The position numbers and the translations under genes were made by a program. Under the pieces are notes generated by a model. That model saw only the letters and a program-made list of their open reading frames with translations. It was not told the origin of the DNA and did no database searches. A stretch of DNA of 64,000 nt from the human T2T-CHM13v2.0 reference genome, Homo sapiens, in NCBI RefSeq assembly GCF_009914755.1, contig NC_060934.1; one strand, given 5' to 3'. This document shows positions 38,031 through 53,108 of this stretch, one piece after another. Numbering within the stretch: position 1 is the stretch's first letter; each line of letters opens with the position of its first letter.

Positions 38031-38404
38031 TAAGTTGACATTTTAGTTCATTAGGAGAAAGAAACATTCAATAAATGATTTGAGGCTAGCTAGCCATCTG
38101 GGAAAATATGTGGGTCTCTACCTCACTCCTTACATGAAAATCAACTCCACAGAGATCAAATTGGAGATAAAAAAAATAAACAATTAAAGAACTGAAAGGA
38201 AATGCAAGAGAATGTTTTGAAATACTGGAGTAGACAAGGCTTTTCTAAGACACAAAATTCAAAAGCCATTAGAATATTGCTAATGTTGATTGTATCCACA
38301 TGAAACATTGCACCCTGGCAAGGGAGACGAGTGGAGACAAACCAGGTGGAAATAATCAGCACCTGGATGGCAATAGACCAATGTGTGTAAAGATCTTAGC
38401 AATC

Positions 38405-38997
<593 letters not shown>

Positions 38998-39527
38998 TCA
39001 ACAAAAAAATAACAGTAATCCAATGTAAAGAAAGGAGAAAGACACTAACATTTCACAGGAAAAAATACATATAAATGACTTATAGTCTTTCATTCTTTTA
39101 ACTATGAAGAGTAAAACAACAGTGTGATATAGTTTCACCTCTGAATTTAATGAAGACTGGAAAACTCAGTGATGTGTATTGTTAAAGAAATCACAGGGAA
39201 ATAGTGGTGCCCACTGTTAGGGAACAGCTGCACAGGAACACAATTTTCCAATACATATTTTAAAACTCGCATATCTTTGACTTTGAAATTCTACTTCTAG
39301 AAATTTATTCTGTGTATACACTTGTGCATGGACAAAAATACGAGTGTGATTAAATGTCTGTGATATCATTATTTGTAATAGCAAAAGCCTGGAAACCCCT
39401 AAATGTTCTTCACTGGGAGACTGGCTAAATAGTTAAGGACATGCAATAATTAGAATGAGTGGAGTGGAGGAACCATCTCTGATATAAAATAGTTTTTTTT
39501 TAATCTAGGTACAGAACAATATCAGCC

Positions 39528-40018
39528 AGGCACTGCCCATTAGAGCTGTCTACAATGATGAAAATGTTCTAGATCTTCACTGTCCGATACAGTAGGCACC
39601 ACCCACAGGTGGCTGTTGGATGCTTGAAGTGTGGTAGTATGACTGAAGAACTAAATTTCTAATTTTAATTTTAGCCAAAATCAATTTAAATTTAAATAGC
39701 CACATGCGGGGCCGGGGACAGTGACTCATGCCTGTAATCCCAGCACTTTGGGAGACTGAGATGGGCGGATCATTTGAGGTCAGGCGTTCAATACCAGCCT
39801 GGCCAACATGGTAAAACCCTGTCTCTACTAAAAATACAAAACTTAGCTGGGCCTGGTGGAAGGCGCCTGTAATCCCAGCTACTCTAAGGCGGAGGCAGGA
39901 GGTTGCAATAAGCCAAGATCATGCCACTGCACTCCAGCCTGGGCGACAGAGCAAGATTCCATCTCAAAAAAATAAATTAATAAATAGCCACATGGGGTTA
40001 TGGTGTTCGATCACTCAG
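39528..40018 (+). mobile_element. MER3 (hAT-Charlie) split by an Alu
   Basis: atgatgaaaatgttctagatct...tgactgaagaactaaattt...tttaaatttaaatagccacatg. Confidence 0.8.
39710..39980 (+). mobile_element. AluS (Sx/Sz-like) with a right-arm deletion
   Basis: TSD taaatagccacatg on both sides. Confidence 0.9.
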
Positions 40019-40569
40019 GCTAGAAAGTACTCCCATTTTTGCGTTTGTGCAAACAACATTTCTGAAAAAAATATAGAAGCTTGTAACAGCCATTCCCCTG
40101 CCAAGGAGACTGAAGTATCAGATGTCTCCAGGAAGAAGAAGAGTTATATGTTCACTTACATTTTTAATATTTGAATCGTTTACTGGGTGTGATGACATAT
40201 TCAATATTAAACTAATTAATGAGAGTTGAAAAAAGAAAGAGAGGAAGTTCTTGAGTGAGCTTTGGGTTTTCCCCGTGAAATAGAAGGGAGGGCCTCTGAG
40301 GGTGAGCAGAGAGGGCTCAAGGCAGATCAGGCTCCTGCAAAGATGAGGTCTTTCGGTCAGAGGCTGAGGGAAAAGGGGAGGGGCTGACCAACCCCAAATG
40401 AAGGAAGCCTGGGGTGCAGGGAGCACACTGTTCAGGTGGAGGCCAGAATCTCGAGGGATGGAAGCCACACAGTTCAGTGTGATATTCACCAGCAGCCCGA
40501 GTATAGAGACTAAGTCAAACAATTGGATTATCCCCAAAAGTTGTAAGCTAGAATTAAGGAAGAAGGGAT

Positions 40570-41640
40570 GGACTGGATTTGGAGATATGAAAAAGGCAGA
40601 ATCGACAGGATCTGGTGGCCGGTGTGACATGGGGACCGAGTGAGAGATCATCTTAGGATGGCTCTCGATTTCTGCCTGTGTGACTGAGTTGATACTGGGG
40701 CCACTCGTGAAATAAGGTTTATAAGAAGAGAAGGTTCAAGGGGAGAAGATCATAAGTTCAGTGTTGGCCATGTGGATTCAGCTGCAAATTTCTAGAAGCC
40801 TCCAGATATTTAGGTCTGGAGCTCAGCATGAAGGACTGGACTAGAGAGAGCCATTTGGGAGACAGCCAGAGACGGATGATAATTGAAGCCAAGAGAGCCG
40901 TGAGACATCACCCAATGACTGGTGTGACCAGGAACCTGTGAGAGTCAACACTAAGGCAAAGGGTGGGGAGAGAGGCCAGCAAGGGACCCCGAGAGTGAGC
41001 ATGGAGGAAGGGCAGGGGGCAGAGCCAGGGGAGGAAGTGTCCAGAAACAGGAAACTACCTCTCAGGTTGTGTGCCACAGAAAGGTTGGGGAAGAGGGGCA
41101 CCGAGAGACCCATTGCACTTGGCAATTAGCAGGTGACTCGGTGACCCCCATGAGAGCAATTTCGGAGAAGTACAAGAGGGAGCACATGGTTCCAGTAGGT
41201 TGAAGAGGGAATGGGAGGGAAGAGAAGAGACTGTGAGAGCAGGATCTTGTTATGCTGGACACTTGGCTATGATAGGAAGGAGAGAAAGGAAAAGTATCCA
41301 GAAGGGAGGCCGAGTGGAGGGATATTTTTCATGTTTGTTTTGTTGCTTTCAGATGAGAGACTGGGGCAGGATTACAGACAGTGGTGAAGGGTCTCTAGAA
41401 AAATTAGTAACAGTTAATGAAGAGAGGTCCCTAAGGAGGCAGGAAAAGGTGGGCTCCATGACATTGGGGGTGGCTGAGACCTCCTCTGAGCAGGAGAGGA
41501 AGGGGGCTGACACACAGCCAACAGGCAGGGAGGGAGGTGAGAAGTGGATGGAGGGTTTTTGCTTGATGGCCTCAGCTTTCTCGATGACATAGGACATGAG
41601 ACCACAGGGATGAGGGGTGGGAAAATGGTGGTCTTTATTA
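40570..41640 (-). mobile_element. L2 fragment(s)
   Basis: aggcagaatcgacaggatctggtg...ataagttcagtgttggccatgt...tttaggtctggagctcag. Confidence 0.7.
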
Positions 41641-42046
41641 GAGTAGGGTTGGGTAGAGTCAAGTAGGGACAGCTGGATTTGCCAAGGGCCCAGCTGACAC
41701 TGAGGCCATGAGCAGATTGGGGTCCAGGTGTTCAGGCAAGATTCTGGCCATTGCTATCAGTTCACAGTAGCCTAGGGACAGCTGGGTTCATCCTGGCAGG
41801 AGAAGCCCCCACAATGGGGAGTGGAGCAGGGAGAGGAGTGGGGCTAATAGCGTGTGTTCAAGGCAGAGAGACACCTCAAGTCCACTCTCTACTGTGCAAT
41901 TTTGAGCCAGTTACTTTATGCCTCCTCTGGATACCTCTGCAAAATGGAATTGCCCACTTCATAGGTAAAGCACTTAGCCTAAAGCCTGGCACTCAGAATG
42001 TTCTCTTTAAAGGTTCACTATAGCACAATCGATAGTATGGGGTAAA

Positions 42047-42186
42047 GGCTGGGTGCAGTGGCTTATGCCTGTAATCCCAGCACTTTGGGAGCCCGAGGCA
42101 GGAGGATCATTTGAGACCAGGAGTTCAAGACTAGCCTGGGCAACATGACAAGACCCTGTCTCCAAAATAAAACAAAACAAAACAAA
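42047..42186 (+). mobile_element. FLAM (free left Alu monomer)
   Basis: Single monomer with (AAAAC)n tail; 13-bp TSD agtatggggtaaa. Confidence 0.9.
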
Positions 42187-42271
42187 AGTATGGGGTAAAG
42201 ATGTGGAGGGGACTAGGTGGAGGAGGTAACGTTCCATGGGGACTTGCTGAATCAGGCAGGAGAAAGCAATA

Positions 42272-42483
42272 GGAAGAATCAGCAAACTCTGCCTGAGGCC
42301 TAATCAGTGCCTGCTTTTGTAAATAAAGTTTTATCAGACACGCTCATGCCCACTGTCCATGTGATATCTATGGCTGCCTTTGTGTCAAAAGGGTAGAGTT
42401 GAGTAGTTGCAACAAAGAACGTGTGGCTTGCAAATTCTAAAGTAGTTACTGTCTGGCCCTTTAAGAAAAGGGTTGTGACCCTA
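42272..42483 (+). mobile_element. MER58A (hAT-Charlie)
   Basis: ttttgtaaataaagttttat...agagttgagtagttgcaaca...ttactgtctggcccttta. Confidence 0.85.
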
Positions 42484-42829
42484 GGCTAGGGGAAAGGAAG
42501 GATAGATGGAGAAAAATGAACACACAAATAGCAAGCAAAACCAGAAGTTCAGGGTGAAAAGATCTGGAAAGATGGAAGGTTGAAGTAGGAGATCATAAGA
42601 GGAGATTAAAAGTGGGAGTGGAGCCATGCAGAGAGCTGGCCATTGCTGGTGAGAAGGAGGGATGGCTATGGCAAGAGTGGGATGAAGGCTATTGGAAATA
42701 AGGAGATCTCTGATTTCCTAAGCTATCATGAGAAATTGATGGAATCACTAACTGGAATTACCCATGTGGATGTGGATAAGATCAAGAACAGAGATGTTGA
42801 GTCACAGACCATGGTGTCCAGGAAGTCAC

Positions 42830-43330
42830 CAGAAAATACCTCCTCCAAAGCCATTTGTCCCTCCTTTGCTGTCAAAACCTGTTTTGTTCAGTGACAGCGT
42901 GACCTATCCTTAGGATTGAATCATGATTTGTCTAGGCCAAGTAAGTCATCTTGTTTGGTTTTGGCTGATATTTACTTTCCCATCCTGCCTTGCAGCTAGA
43001 AAAGGTCACATGATGCATTCTGGTCAATGAGACATCTCAGAAAGCCAGCTGGGGCTTCTGGGAAAGCTTTTGCTGTTCTGCTGAGAGAGAGGATAGTTCC
43101 AGGTGCTGCCTCTTCCACTTCCTGCCTTGAGCACAGAGCTGATGCTTGGGCCATGGCAGCCACTTTGTGACTATGAAGCAACAACTCTACGGGCTTGCAG
43201 GGCAGCATGCTGATGATGCTGGGACCGAGGGAAAGAGTTGGATCCTCAATACCATTATTTTACCACTGCCTACCTCCAGGGGAAATGAGGAAATGACTTT
43301 ATTGCTAAGAACAATTTGTTCGTTTATTCA
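42830..43330 (+). mobile_element. Old LTR (MLT1K/LTR33-like)
   Basis: ccttgcagctag...tcacatga...ttctggtcaatgagac...ggggcttctgggaaagcttttgct. Confidence 0.6.
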
Positions 43331-43854
43331 AAAGCACTTTTACCTGAAAGAGGAAAGAGACAGAGTGAAGAGATAGTAGTTGAGGGTGGGATATGTCAGC
43401 CAGTAGGGTTGGGGAGCAGTCAGTGGGTTACTGTGAGCAGAGGGTGTATGCTCTGGGAGGAGGGTGGTTAAGAACAGACAGGAGCAGGCTTTGGGTGTTG
43501 GGTTGAGTTTAGGTGCCTTTTGAAGGAAATTGGAAATGATCACTAAAATTTATTTTATATTGTAAAAATCATAACCTAGATATAATTGATACTTGCGAAA
43601 CATATTTTTTGAATGTCGATATTTATTTTTCTGTATTTTCTTTAAAAGAAAAAATGGCAATGGATTTTCATTTTGTAATAGTTTTTATCTTTTTCTAATT
43701 ATAAAAGTGAGATGTATTGAGACAATTTAGAAAGCACAGATAAGTAAATAGGAGAAACATTCTGGGTGTTTGATTGGAGGGCTGATATTTTGGAGAAAGA
43801 AGTAGATAGAAGTAGAATGGGTTGACAGAGACCGGGGCAGGGAACAAGAAGACC

Positions 43855-43925
43855 CACTCTAAGTTGCCTTCCTGGGCCTCAGTTTTCCCATCTGTAAAAT
43901 GAGCAGGTGGGACTACAACTAGCGA
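43855..43925 (+). mobile_element. MIR core fragment
   Basis: ctgggcctcagttttcccatctgtaaaatgag. Confidence 0.7.
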
Positions 43926-45589
43926 GGTAGCCATCCAACCTGTCAGCACGGGAATGCCCAAGGTAAGCCACTCTCTATGGTGTTAATGTACAGTCCTCTC
44001 TGCAGATGCCCGGGGTTGATGATAGCCGGGCTCACACAGGGTGGCTGTAAGATCCCTCATTTTACAGGATGAGTACTGGGTGTGTAGGGGATGAAGTGAT
44101 AACCATGGCCATTGCGCTGTCAGGTCTGAGAGTCAGAACCTATCTCCAGTGTTCGCTTCTACTGTTCCTAGCCGGGTCCTCTCTCCCCACTCTTGACCCT
44201 GCTCCCTTTCATTGCTCAGCAGCCTAACCCCCAAGCCCGTGAAAGGCAGTGGACCCAAATGATAGCCAGGCCACAGGGCCAGGCACCACAGGAATCAGGA
44301 CCAGGGCAGAGAATAAAAAGGTCCCTCAGCAGAGAGGAGTCTCCACACACTGGCCCCAGTGGTGGTGAGTTTATTACCACCTCATTTGGCTGCGTGTGTC
44401 TGATGACTGAAATGGCTGGCTTTCCCCACCAGGGCACCGCCAGGGACCAAAGAATACAAGAACTAGCTTGGAGTTTATGTGTCTAGTGTTAAAAATCAGT
44501 AGCTTCCCTCTTCGGGATGCACCCTCAGGGGCAAAATAGAACAAATTGCTTATTAGCTTCTGCCTGCACACTGGCAGATGATGAAGCAGCCAAGAAACTG
44601 GTCATACATCGTAATAAAGCACCCTTCACCTGCCATCCATCCGTAGACCAGCCAGCGCATACCTCTATCCCAGCGGCATTAACCCACACGGTGCTGGCGT
44701 CACTCACCCCTAATCACTGAGAGCAGGTCTGCAATGGTGGCTGCCTGGGGCTTTCCCAGAAGGGGAGAATTCAGAAATGCAAGCATGAGACTCCTGCCAT
44801 CCTCTGAGGGTGGACAGTTGATTAAGGGCTCAGTCCAGCTGAGGGGGGTCATTGATTACTGTAAACAAGCTGCTGGAGATCGTCTACCACCATCCCCCTG
44901 CCCTGAGCACCCACTCCACACCACTCTGCTGCCCCATAAGACGATCCATTCTTATTCACAGAACCAAAGCTCAGTCTACACTGATAGGAATTTTTATTTA
45001 TTATCATAAAGCCACTAAGCAGCTGTGTGAACTTCTGCAGGTGCATTCCCCTTTCTGGTCCCTAACGTCTCCCTCCATAAAGGAAAGCTGGAGCTGGGAT
45101 CTCAGGTGGAGACCATGCAGCCCAGGTGCAAGACTGTGGATACCATGAACCAGCCTCCACATTGGCCGTGGTGGGGGACGTGTCTTCAGAATCTCAACTT
45201 GACAGACATACTTCTTTTCCAAGTGTCCGAACACTTTCCATCTGGGAAGATCTCAAAGTATGTTAGGTGCAGGGTTTGAAATCCCTCCTACTGTCCAGGG
45301 AGTGGAGATTCCTTTTTCCAGTTTCCAGGACAGGAGAATGGGATTTAGAATTGGCTGGCAGGACACTCCCTCTCAGGAGTCTGAGCACGAAGGAGGTGAC
45401 ACAAAGACAGGGACATAGGTAGAGTTTTATCAAGGTGGCTGCAGCAGAGCTGTCCACAACCCAGAGACAGTGTGAGGACCAGAGCCTGGTGGCTGGGCCA
45501 GGGGCAGCATTTCAAGCACACTTCCTGCAGCGTGAGGTGCCTATGCTCCGGGGCTCTGGCTTGGGTCCCGTCTGTTTTCTAACCATCTA

Positions 45590-45845
45590 GGGGAGGCAGT
45601 GTGGCCTGAGGGTGAGGCTATAGCTTTGAAGTCTGATAGATTCAGGTATGAATTCCGTTTGTGCCACTTAAGGGAAAAGTGACCATTGGGTAAGTTACAA
45701 ACCCTCATTACACACTCTTCTCTCCCCATAAAGTAGATCTGATAGTGACTGTTTTGTAAGCACTGTTGCTGGGCTCACACTGGATTGTGGGGGAAGTTTC
45801 TAGCCTGGCACCCAGCAAGGTCTCCATAAGTGGAGGCTACGTTAA
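45590..45845 (+). mobile_element. MIR SINE
   Basis: ggggaggcagtgtggc...ctttgaagtctgataga...gtgccactta...gggtaagttac. Confidence 0.65.
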
Positions 45846-47014
45846 TGAAGAAGGAGCAGGAGGAGACTCTTTCACAAAGAGTTTCCAAGTGCCTGAACCC
45901 AGGGCAGATGCACCCGGCTGTAAAGAACCAACACAGCTATCCTGATGCACCGCAGCTGCCATCGCCCTTGGGGAGGGCCCCACCATGATGGGTGCTCCAT
46001 GCCAGGAACTGACCTTCTAAGGAAGAACTGAGCCTTCTCTCCCTAATACTGCTTAAGTCAGAATCACCAAGTGTTTGATCTTATAAGAAGCTTAGAGATG
46101 CAATGGGCTGCTGCCTGCACGAGAACAGAGGCCTGAGAGGAGTCAGGCATTGTCCAGGGCCCTCGGCGAGTGAGCAGCAAGTAGGCAAGGGACCAACCCA
46201 GCTGACACTGATTCCCCCAGATGGAGCTCAGGGTTGGCTTTTGGTCCCAGGGTGTGCCAAGCTGGGGAAGCAGGCCTGCCAAGAGCCTGTTCCTCCGAGG
46301 TGTGTGCCAGCGCTGGGGCCAGATGCTCCATCCCAGGCCCTCTTCCACCAGCAACGGCATCTGGTGTTCTCCGAGGCTGGCCCAGCTGCTACCCAGCAGG
46401 AGGCTCATTTTCCAACCCAGACCCTTCTTTCTGCTGCTACCCCCACCCCTGGGATCTTCTTGGGGTCACACATTGTGGCCTTTCTTGGGTCCCCTTGGCC
46501 TCTGGCTACAGTGTCCACTCTTTCTGTCTCTGGTTCTGACTGTGATGTAATTGGGAGCTTGAAAAACCCTGATTGTTTGATAATTATAAGGCAGGGAAAT
46601 TACCAGGGCTTCAAAGGTTGCTCCCAATTGCTGTATTAATTGTCCCCTCGTTATCTCTCCATATAAAAGACCACTTGATAGAGACAAAAGCCAGCTAGCT
46701 TTTATTTCACAGCAGCCTGACAAGAGGATGAGGGGCTGCTGAGGGCTCCCATTTATTTCTTCCAAGACACAAACCTTTGCTGGGACCCGACCACCAGGGC
46801 CACCACATGCCATACCCCTCACCTCGAGACAAGGACTAAGGCACAGCACCAGCCAGGCCCAACTTCCCCAGACAGCAGCCCAGCCACAACCCTGCCCATC
46901 TCCTGACTCAGAGATTCACAGAGAGACAAAGCCTGCAGATTCTCATCTGCATGTTAGACATGCTTTTCTTTGAGTGCTGGCCTACATGTACATAGGCGGG
47001 ACACTGTGGGATGA

Positions 47015-47240
47015 GTGGCCAACATTTACTGAAGACTTTCCACATGCCAGGTACCACATGGACTGTTTTACGTGCTTCTCTTTGTAACAATAGCTGTGCA
47101 TGTTATGTTTATATCCATTTTGCAGATGGGACTCAGAGGGCTTAAGTAATTTGCCCAAGGTCACCAGCCCATGAAGTGCAAGGCCAGAAGCAAACCGTGG
47201 GCACCTGCAATGAGTTCTTCATCACTCCACCCTACTACTC
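47015..47240 (-). mobile_element. MIR SINE
   Basis: ccattttgcagatgggactcagagggcttaagtaatttgcccaaggtcac. Confidence 0.8.
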
Positions 47241-47359
47241 TCTGAGTATGTGTGCAGAGTGTGTGAATGTGAGTGCGTGAATGTGTTGGGTGTTGTGAAC
47301 GCTAAAGATAAAATCTAAGCAGTAGATACAATAGAAAAGAGGACTAAGCAAAAGATCTG

Positions 47360-47525
47360 AAATTAGCCAGGCATGGTGGCATGCGCCTGTAATCCCAGCT
47401 ACTCCAGAGGCTGAGGCAGAAGAATCGCTTAGAACCCAGGAGGCGGAGGTTGCAGTGAGCTGAGATCACACCACTGTACTCCAGTCCAGCCTGGGCGACA
47501 GAGCAAGACTGTCAAAAAAAAAAAA
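47360..47525 (+). mobile_element. 5'-truncated AluS (right arm only)
   Basis: aaattagccaggcatggtggc...gaatcgcttagaacccaggaggcggaggttgcagtgagc...A tail. Confidence 0.9.
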
Positions 47526-48059
47526 GACTCAAATCAGGCGATTGTTAAATTGTATCTATATGCTTGATTTGTTTATTTTTAAAGGACATGGCCATGCCTT
47601 GATTAAACCACAGAGGTAAATGAACTCATGTTTGAATGCTCAGTTGCTTTGAGCACCTACTATGTGCCAGACCCTATGTTCTCTGCTGAGAGTGGCCTGG
47701 AGAGTGTCAACTGCAGGTTTGCGACCACGGGCTCCCTGCCCAGCAGGATCTCCCACCCAGCCACAGACACAAGGAAAACGGAGCCACCTCTTCTCCTGCC
47801 ATAATCTCCCCACATTTGAAGCCTCTGTCTCTGCTGGGAAGACCTAAGAAGGCTATGTCTACAGCTGCCTTAAAGCTATTAATTTTTAAAAGCCATTCCA
47901 TGAGAGAACTCAAAAGTCACCTACCTGGCCAAGATCTAGCCTTAATCGACAATTGATTATCTTTGAAACCAACAAGGCAATAAATCATTAATTCATAATT
48001 TGGCTGTTGTTCTACAACTGTGGTCATATTTATTAATGAAAGAAGAGCCATGTGTGGAA

Positions 48060-48250
48060 TCTTCTGTGGCCAGGCCTCATGGGGCCTATCTTTGACTTCA
48101 CTACAGTCTCAGGAAAGATATCCTGATCCCAGGTTACAGATGAGGAAATTGAGGCCCAAAAGGCAAACATGATTTGCCCCAGACCACACAGCTCCTAAAT
48201 GGCAAAACCAGAAGAGGAGTCAGGCTCCCACCCCACGGCAGCTCTCTAAC
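48060..48250 (-). mobile_element. MIR SINE
   Basis: ttacagatgaggaaattgaggccca. Confidence 0.75.
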
Positions 48251-48789
48251 ATTATAAAATGCTCCATCTTTACCAACAGCACACAGAGATTATTTGCAAA
48301 GGCAAATAATCCAAAGGCATCAAACACCAGTGCCTAGAGCCAGGTTCAGTCCAGCCACTCAGAACCATCACCAGGTCCTCTTGCCAGCCCCTGACCAGGG
48401 CACAGCCTTGGGAAATAAAGCCGAGGGTGGCGGCTCACTAGCAGATATTCCAAACCTACAGGTGGACTGCAGTTTACAGCAAAGCCACAAGCAGCTGGTT
48501 TCCTCGAGCCTGCATCTTTTTCTCTCTCCCCAGGTCTGTTCCAAGGCAGCCTTTGAGTCTTAGCCTGTCTTGGCCAGTGGCCAAGGATAATCAGGAGGTC
48601 TCAGGAGCATCAGAACGGGAAGGAAAGTAAGGGGTGGGCATCCACGGCTTCAGTGGCAGTCGCCTTTCTAAGTTTAGGGCCAGGAAAATGGTTGCTCCTA
48701 CTACTAGGCAACCTGTTGTACTTTTTCTCTGGTTTTCTGGAAACTAAAAGAGAAGAGCTACCCTCAATTGTTGGAGTTATTCTGAGTAC

Positions 48790-48970
48790 ATATTTCATGA
48801 TATAGTTTTATGCTCCTATTCTCTCCTCACTCATGCTCCAGCTTAGTAGGTAGGAATTATTGTCTCCATTGTACAGATGAGGAAACTAAGGTTTAAAGAA
48901 GAGATATGACTTGACCTAGTTATATCCAGCCCCAGTCTCTGGTCAGCAAGCCCCTTCACTAGACACCATG
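48790..48970 (-). mobile_element. MIR SINE
   Basis: ctccattgtacagatgaggaaactaagg. Confidence 0.75.
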
Positions 48971-48999
48971 CACAATGCCCCTTCCTCAAGGCAACCGGC

Positions 49000-49889
<890 letters not shown>

Positions 49890-51699
49890 TCACTGGGACC
49901 CAAATAACTGGGTTATGGAACTCTCCACCCTTACACCAACGTGACTCTGAGTCAGGAAATATGCACCATCTAATTACACAAGGCATATGCCAGGGTCTGC
50001 ATCTCCAGGTTGGTAGCTTAGTCCACTCAGCTCTCATCCAAGCAGTGGGTGATGGAGCAGCCTGGCACATTGGCTGGGAGACCAAGAACAGCTTGCTGCA
50101 TTGTGCTTGGGCATGCCTTACTTTTAGGAGGCAGCACTAGCCAGTAATACTGGTCTGGCCCTATACAGTGGACATTGGTATAGCCAGGGGTCCCTAGTAC
50201 TGGGTTTGTTAGCAGCTCTAGTGAGCAACAAAGACAGCTGCATCGAAAATGCATGAAGGAACCACACCCTTAGCAACTCCCAAAAATCACCAGGGAAGGG
50301 AAGTTTGCAAGGCTCTGAAATTCCTGAGACAGCAGATGGATTCAGATCAGGCGATCAGCAGGTGCTCATGCTAGTATGAGAACCAGTGCCTGGTGACCAG
50401 GTCATTCAGGTCAGGCTTGACCCTGCGGCCCCCAGCCAGCCCTGGGGGAATACTCCCTGGACACACAATGGGTGGGGTTGCCATGAGCTGTCAATGCTGA
50501 GATGGGAGCTCTGAAGCCCAAAGCAAGCCAAGCTGAGTTGCATGAGACACAGGACTTGAGTGAGGAGCCCGGGCTGGGCCAGAGCCTGATGCCAGTTCCA
50601 GGTCCAGGGAAACAGCAAGTCAAGGTGAGAGCCAGTTCAGGAATCAGGGTCATGGACAAATCCAAATTCAGTCAGAGGAGGCCGAGGATACAAGGCCAGG
50701 TGATAGCTACCAGGCGGTTTGGGCATGTTCCCTGGTGGAGGAGGCCAGAGCTTCCTCAGAAGGCCCAGCCCCAGGGGCCATGGCCTTACCAGGCCTCCAA
50801 TATGGGCATCTTGCAGGCCGATTGGGACAGCAGGCACGGGCGGAAGCCTGTTTGAACTTTCTCAGCCTTGTATCTGAGGAGGGAATTAAACTGTTCTGTT
50901 CTACTAGGGCGTTTCATTGACTTCTGGCAAAACATGATGTCCTGCTTCAAAGGGAAGGCAACACACAGGCTTAGGAGGCTCGTTGGACATCAAAGGGCTA
51001 TTAGAGAACAGCATCCTGATGAGCTAATTGCAAATGCAGCCCAGGCAGATGGAGCACATTTGCCCAGGAACATATGGGCTCACACATCCAGGGAGAGGGT
51101 GCCGGGGACAAGATGTGTGCTGGGCTTTGGTGGACCCAACATGTTTGCAAAATAATTCAAGATGTTGCCTCAGCCTCAGCTCCACTGCCCTCCTCTCCCC
51201 TCCCCTTCTGCATTCCATCAAGCTGGGGGTGGAGGACAGAGAGCAGGATCCCGATGCCTCTGAAAAGGAAGAGCCCTGGAGATCAGTGACAAGGACTGGG
51301 CCCAACAGACCAGACACTCCTCCCAGAGCCACAGGCACATATGAGTGGGAGAGAGGTCCTTCCTTATCCCCAGAGGCTGCTCCAAACTGTGTGCCCTGGA
51401 CCAACAGCAGGAGGGGCGGGTACCAGTGGGCACCAGGATGGGCTATCCCCAGCCTCACCCACCCATCATTCTCTGCCCTGAAACAGTTGCAGAAGCCTCC
51501 TCCAGCTCCAGGATTCCAACATGTCAGGGAACCCTGAGACCATCCAGCCTAACTTATCCATCCCAGGGAACCCTGGGTCAGACCAGTGAAGGGGGCAGGT
51601 CCCCAGACCCTCACCCACCATGATAAGCAACTCCATTTTTATCTAGTTTGTATATCAGGATTATATGTAAGGTTTTCCTTGGAAAAAAAAAAAGAGCTC

Positions 51700-51860
51700 T
51701 ACATTGCTGATCAAATGACTTCTCCGGAACAACCACTTCATCTTACAAGTCAGGAAACAGAAGCCGAAATGAGTGTGACTGCCCAGGTGACACACAGCAA
51801 GTTAAGGGCAGAGCCAAGACTGGGGTCCAGGACCCGGTGCTCTGGCCATCACACAAGGCT
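51700..51860 (-). mobile_element. MIR SINE
   Basis: gtgactgcccaggtgacacacagcaagttaagggcagagccaagact. Confidence 0.6.
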
Positions 51861-52529
51861 CACACCACATCAGTTCATATAGCCTGACCCTCGATGCCCG
51901 GCAGGGGTCCCAGGCCACAGCCAAGACTTGGCCTCCCTGGGCCCCCCCAAACACACAGCCTTCAAGGAGTGGGGGCTTCATCAGCAGGACCCTGTGCCTT
52001 CACAATCAGGAAGGCCCCTCAATGTCAGTAGCCCCCCACCCCTCACCAGGCTCAGCTGATGAAGGACAAAGGTGGCCAGGAGGCTAGGGGGAGCTTCTGA
52101 GGAGGAAGGCGGGAAGACACGTGGGAGGAAACACCATGTGAAATTAAGACTGACTCTGCTGACTCTTCTAAAATGACAGGCTGCAAGGACAGCAGGGAGG
52201 AGGGAGGAAATTGGAGGAGTTGCATGGGCCTTGGAGGTGGCCTTGTCCTGCCTATTTATTGTACAGATGAGAAATTCAAGACTGAGCCAGCAGGAGGCAC
52301 TGCCCAAGGTCCACAGCAAGGCAGAGGCTGAGCCCTACCCCGACTAAAGCAGTCCAGAGGCTTTGGGCAGCTGGGATAAGCTCCCAATTCATCCACATGG
52401 CCGAATTCCTACAGCCTGGTTTCCAACCTCCTCTGTTTCCCCTTCCTCTTCACTCTCAAGCTCTCAGTCAGCATCCTGGCTTCTCCTTCACCACTCTGAT
52501 CATGGTCTTAACTGATGGACTTATCCATG

Positions 52530-52668
52530 TGGTTCTTTCATAAATTCTGGTCTCCCCTGCCCCAGACCACAAGTTTCATGAGGGCAGGAGATATGCTTTG
52601 CTCCTTGCAGGATCTTCAGTGCTCAATATGTATTTGATGAATGAATGAGTGAATAGATGAATGAATAT
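52530..52668 (+). mobile_element. L2 3' end
   Basis: aagtttcatgagggcagg...gctcaatatgtatttgatgaatgaatga. Confidence 0.7.
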
Positions 52669-53108
52669 ATCGTAGCTCTTTCTGACTTCAAAGCCTGCCA
52701 CGGCTCTTTCCCACCATTGTGATTTTACTGATAAGCCCCTTACTCAATATTGAGGTGACTCACGATCTTATTCAAGTCTTTTTTTTTTTTTACTCCTATC
52801 TCTCCATTTTTCTCTCCACTCTTACCACCACCCCACACACTACACAGGCTCTGGACAAAGTCTACCCCTACTCCAGAAGACTCTGACCTCACAGGCCACA
52901 GCTTGAGACCTAAAATATCCCCTCCCCCACTACTACCCTTTGTCTAGATGACAGCATCCCCTTGATTCCCCTACAGCCAGCTCAGATGTCCCCTCTTCTT
53001 CCTCTCCTGTGAGCCTTCTGCCAACCCAGCCTCTAGGCAGCATAGCTGTCTTCCTCCTGGGTGGGCAACCATTAGGTACAGTTTGATAACTGGGATAGTA
53101 CACATATA

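Noticed and set aside
50290-50720. Possible ancient LTR fragment
   Set aside because: Only a vague resemblance; no termini or TSD found.
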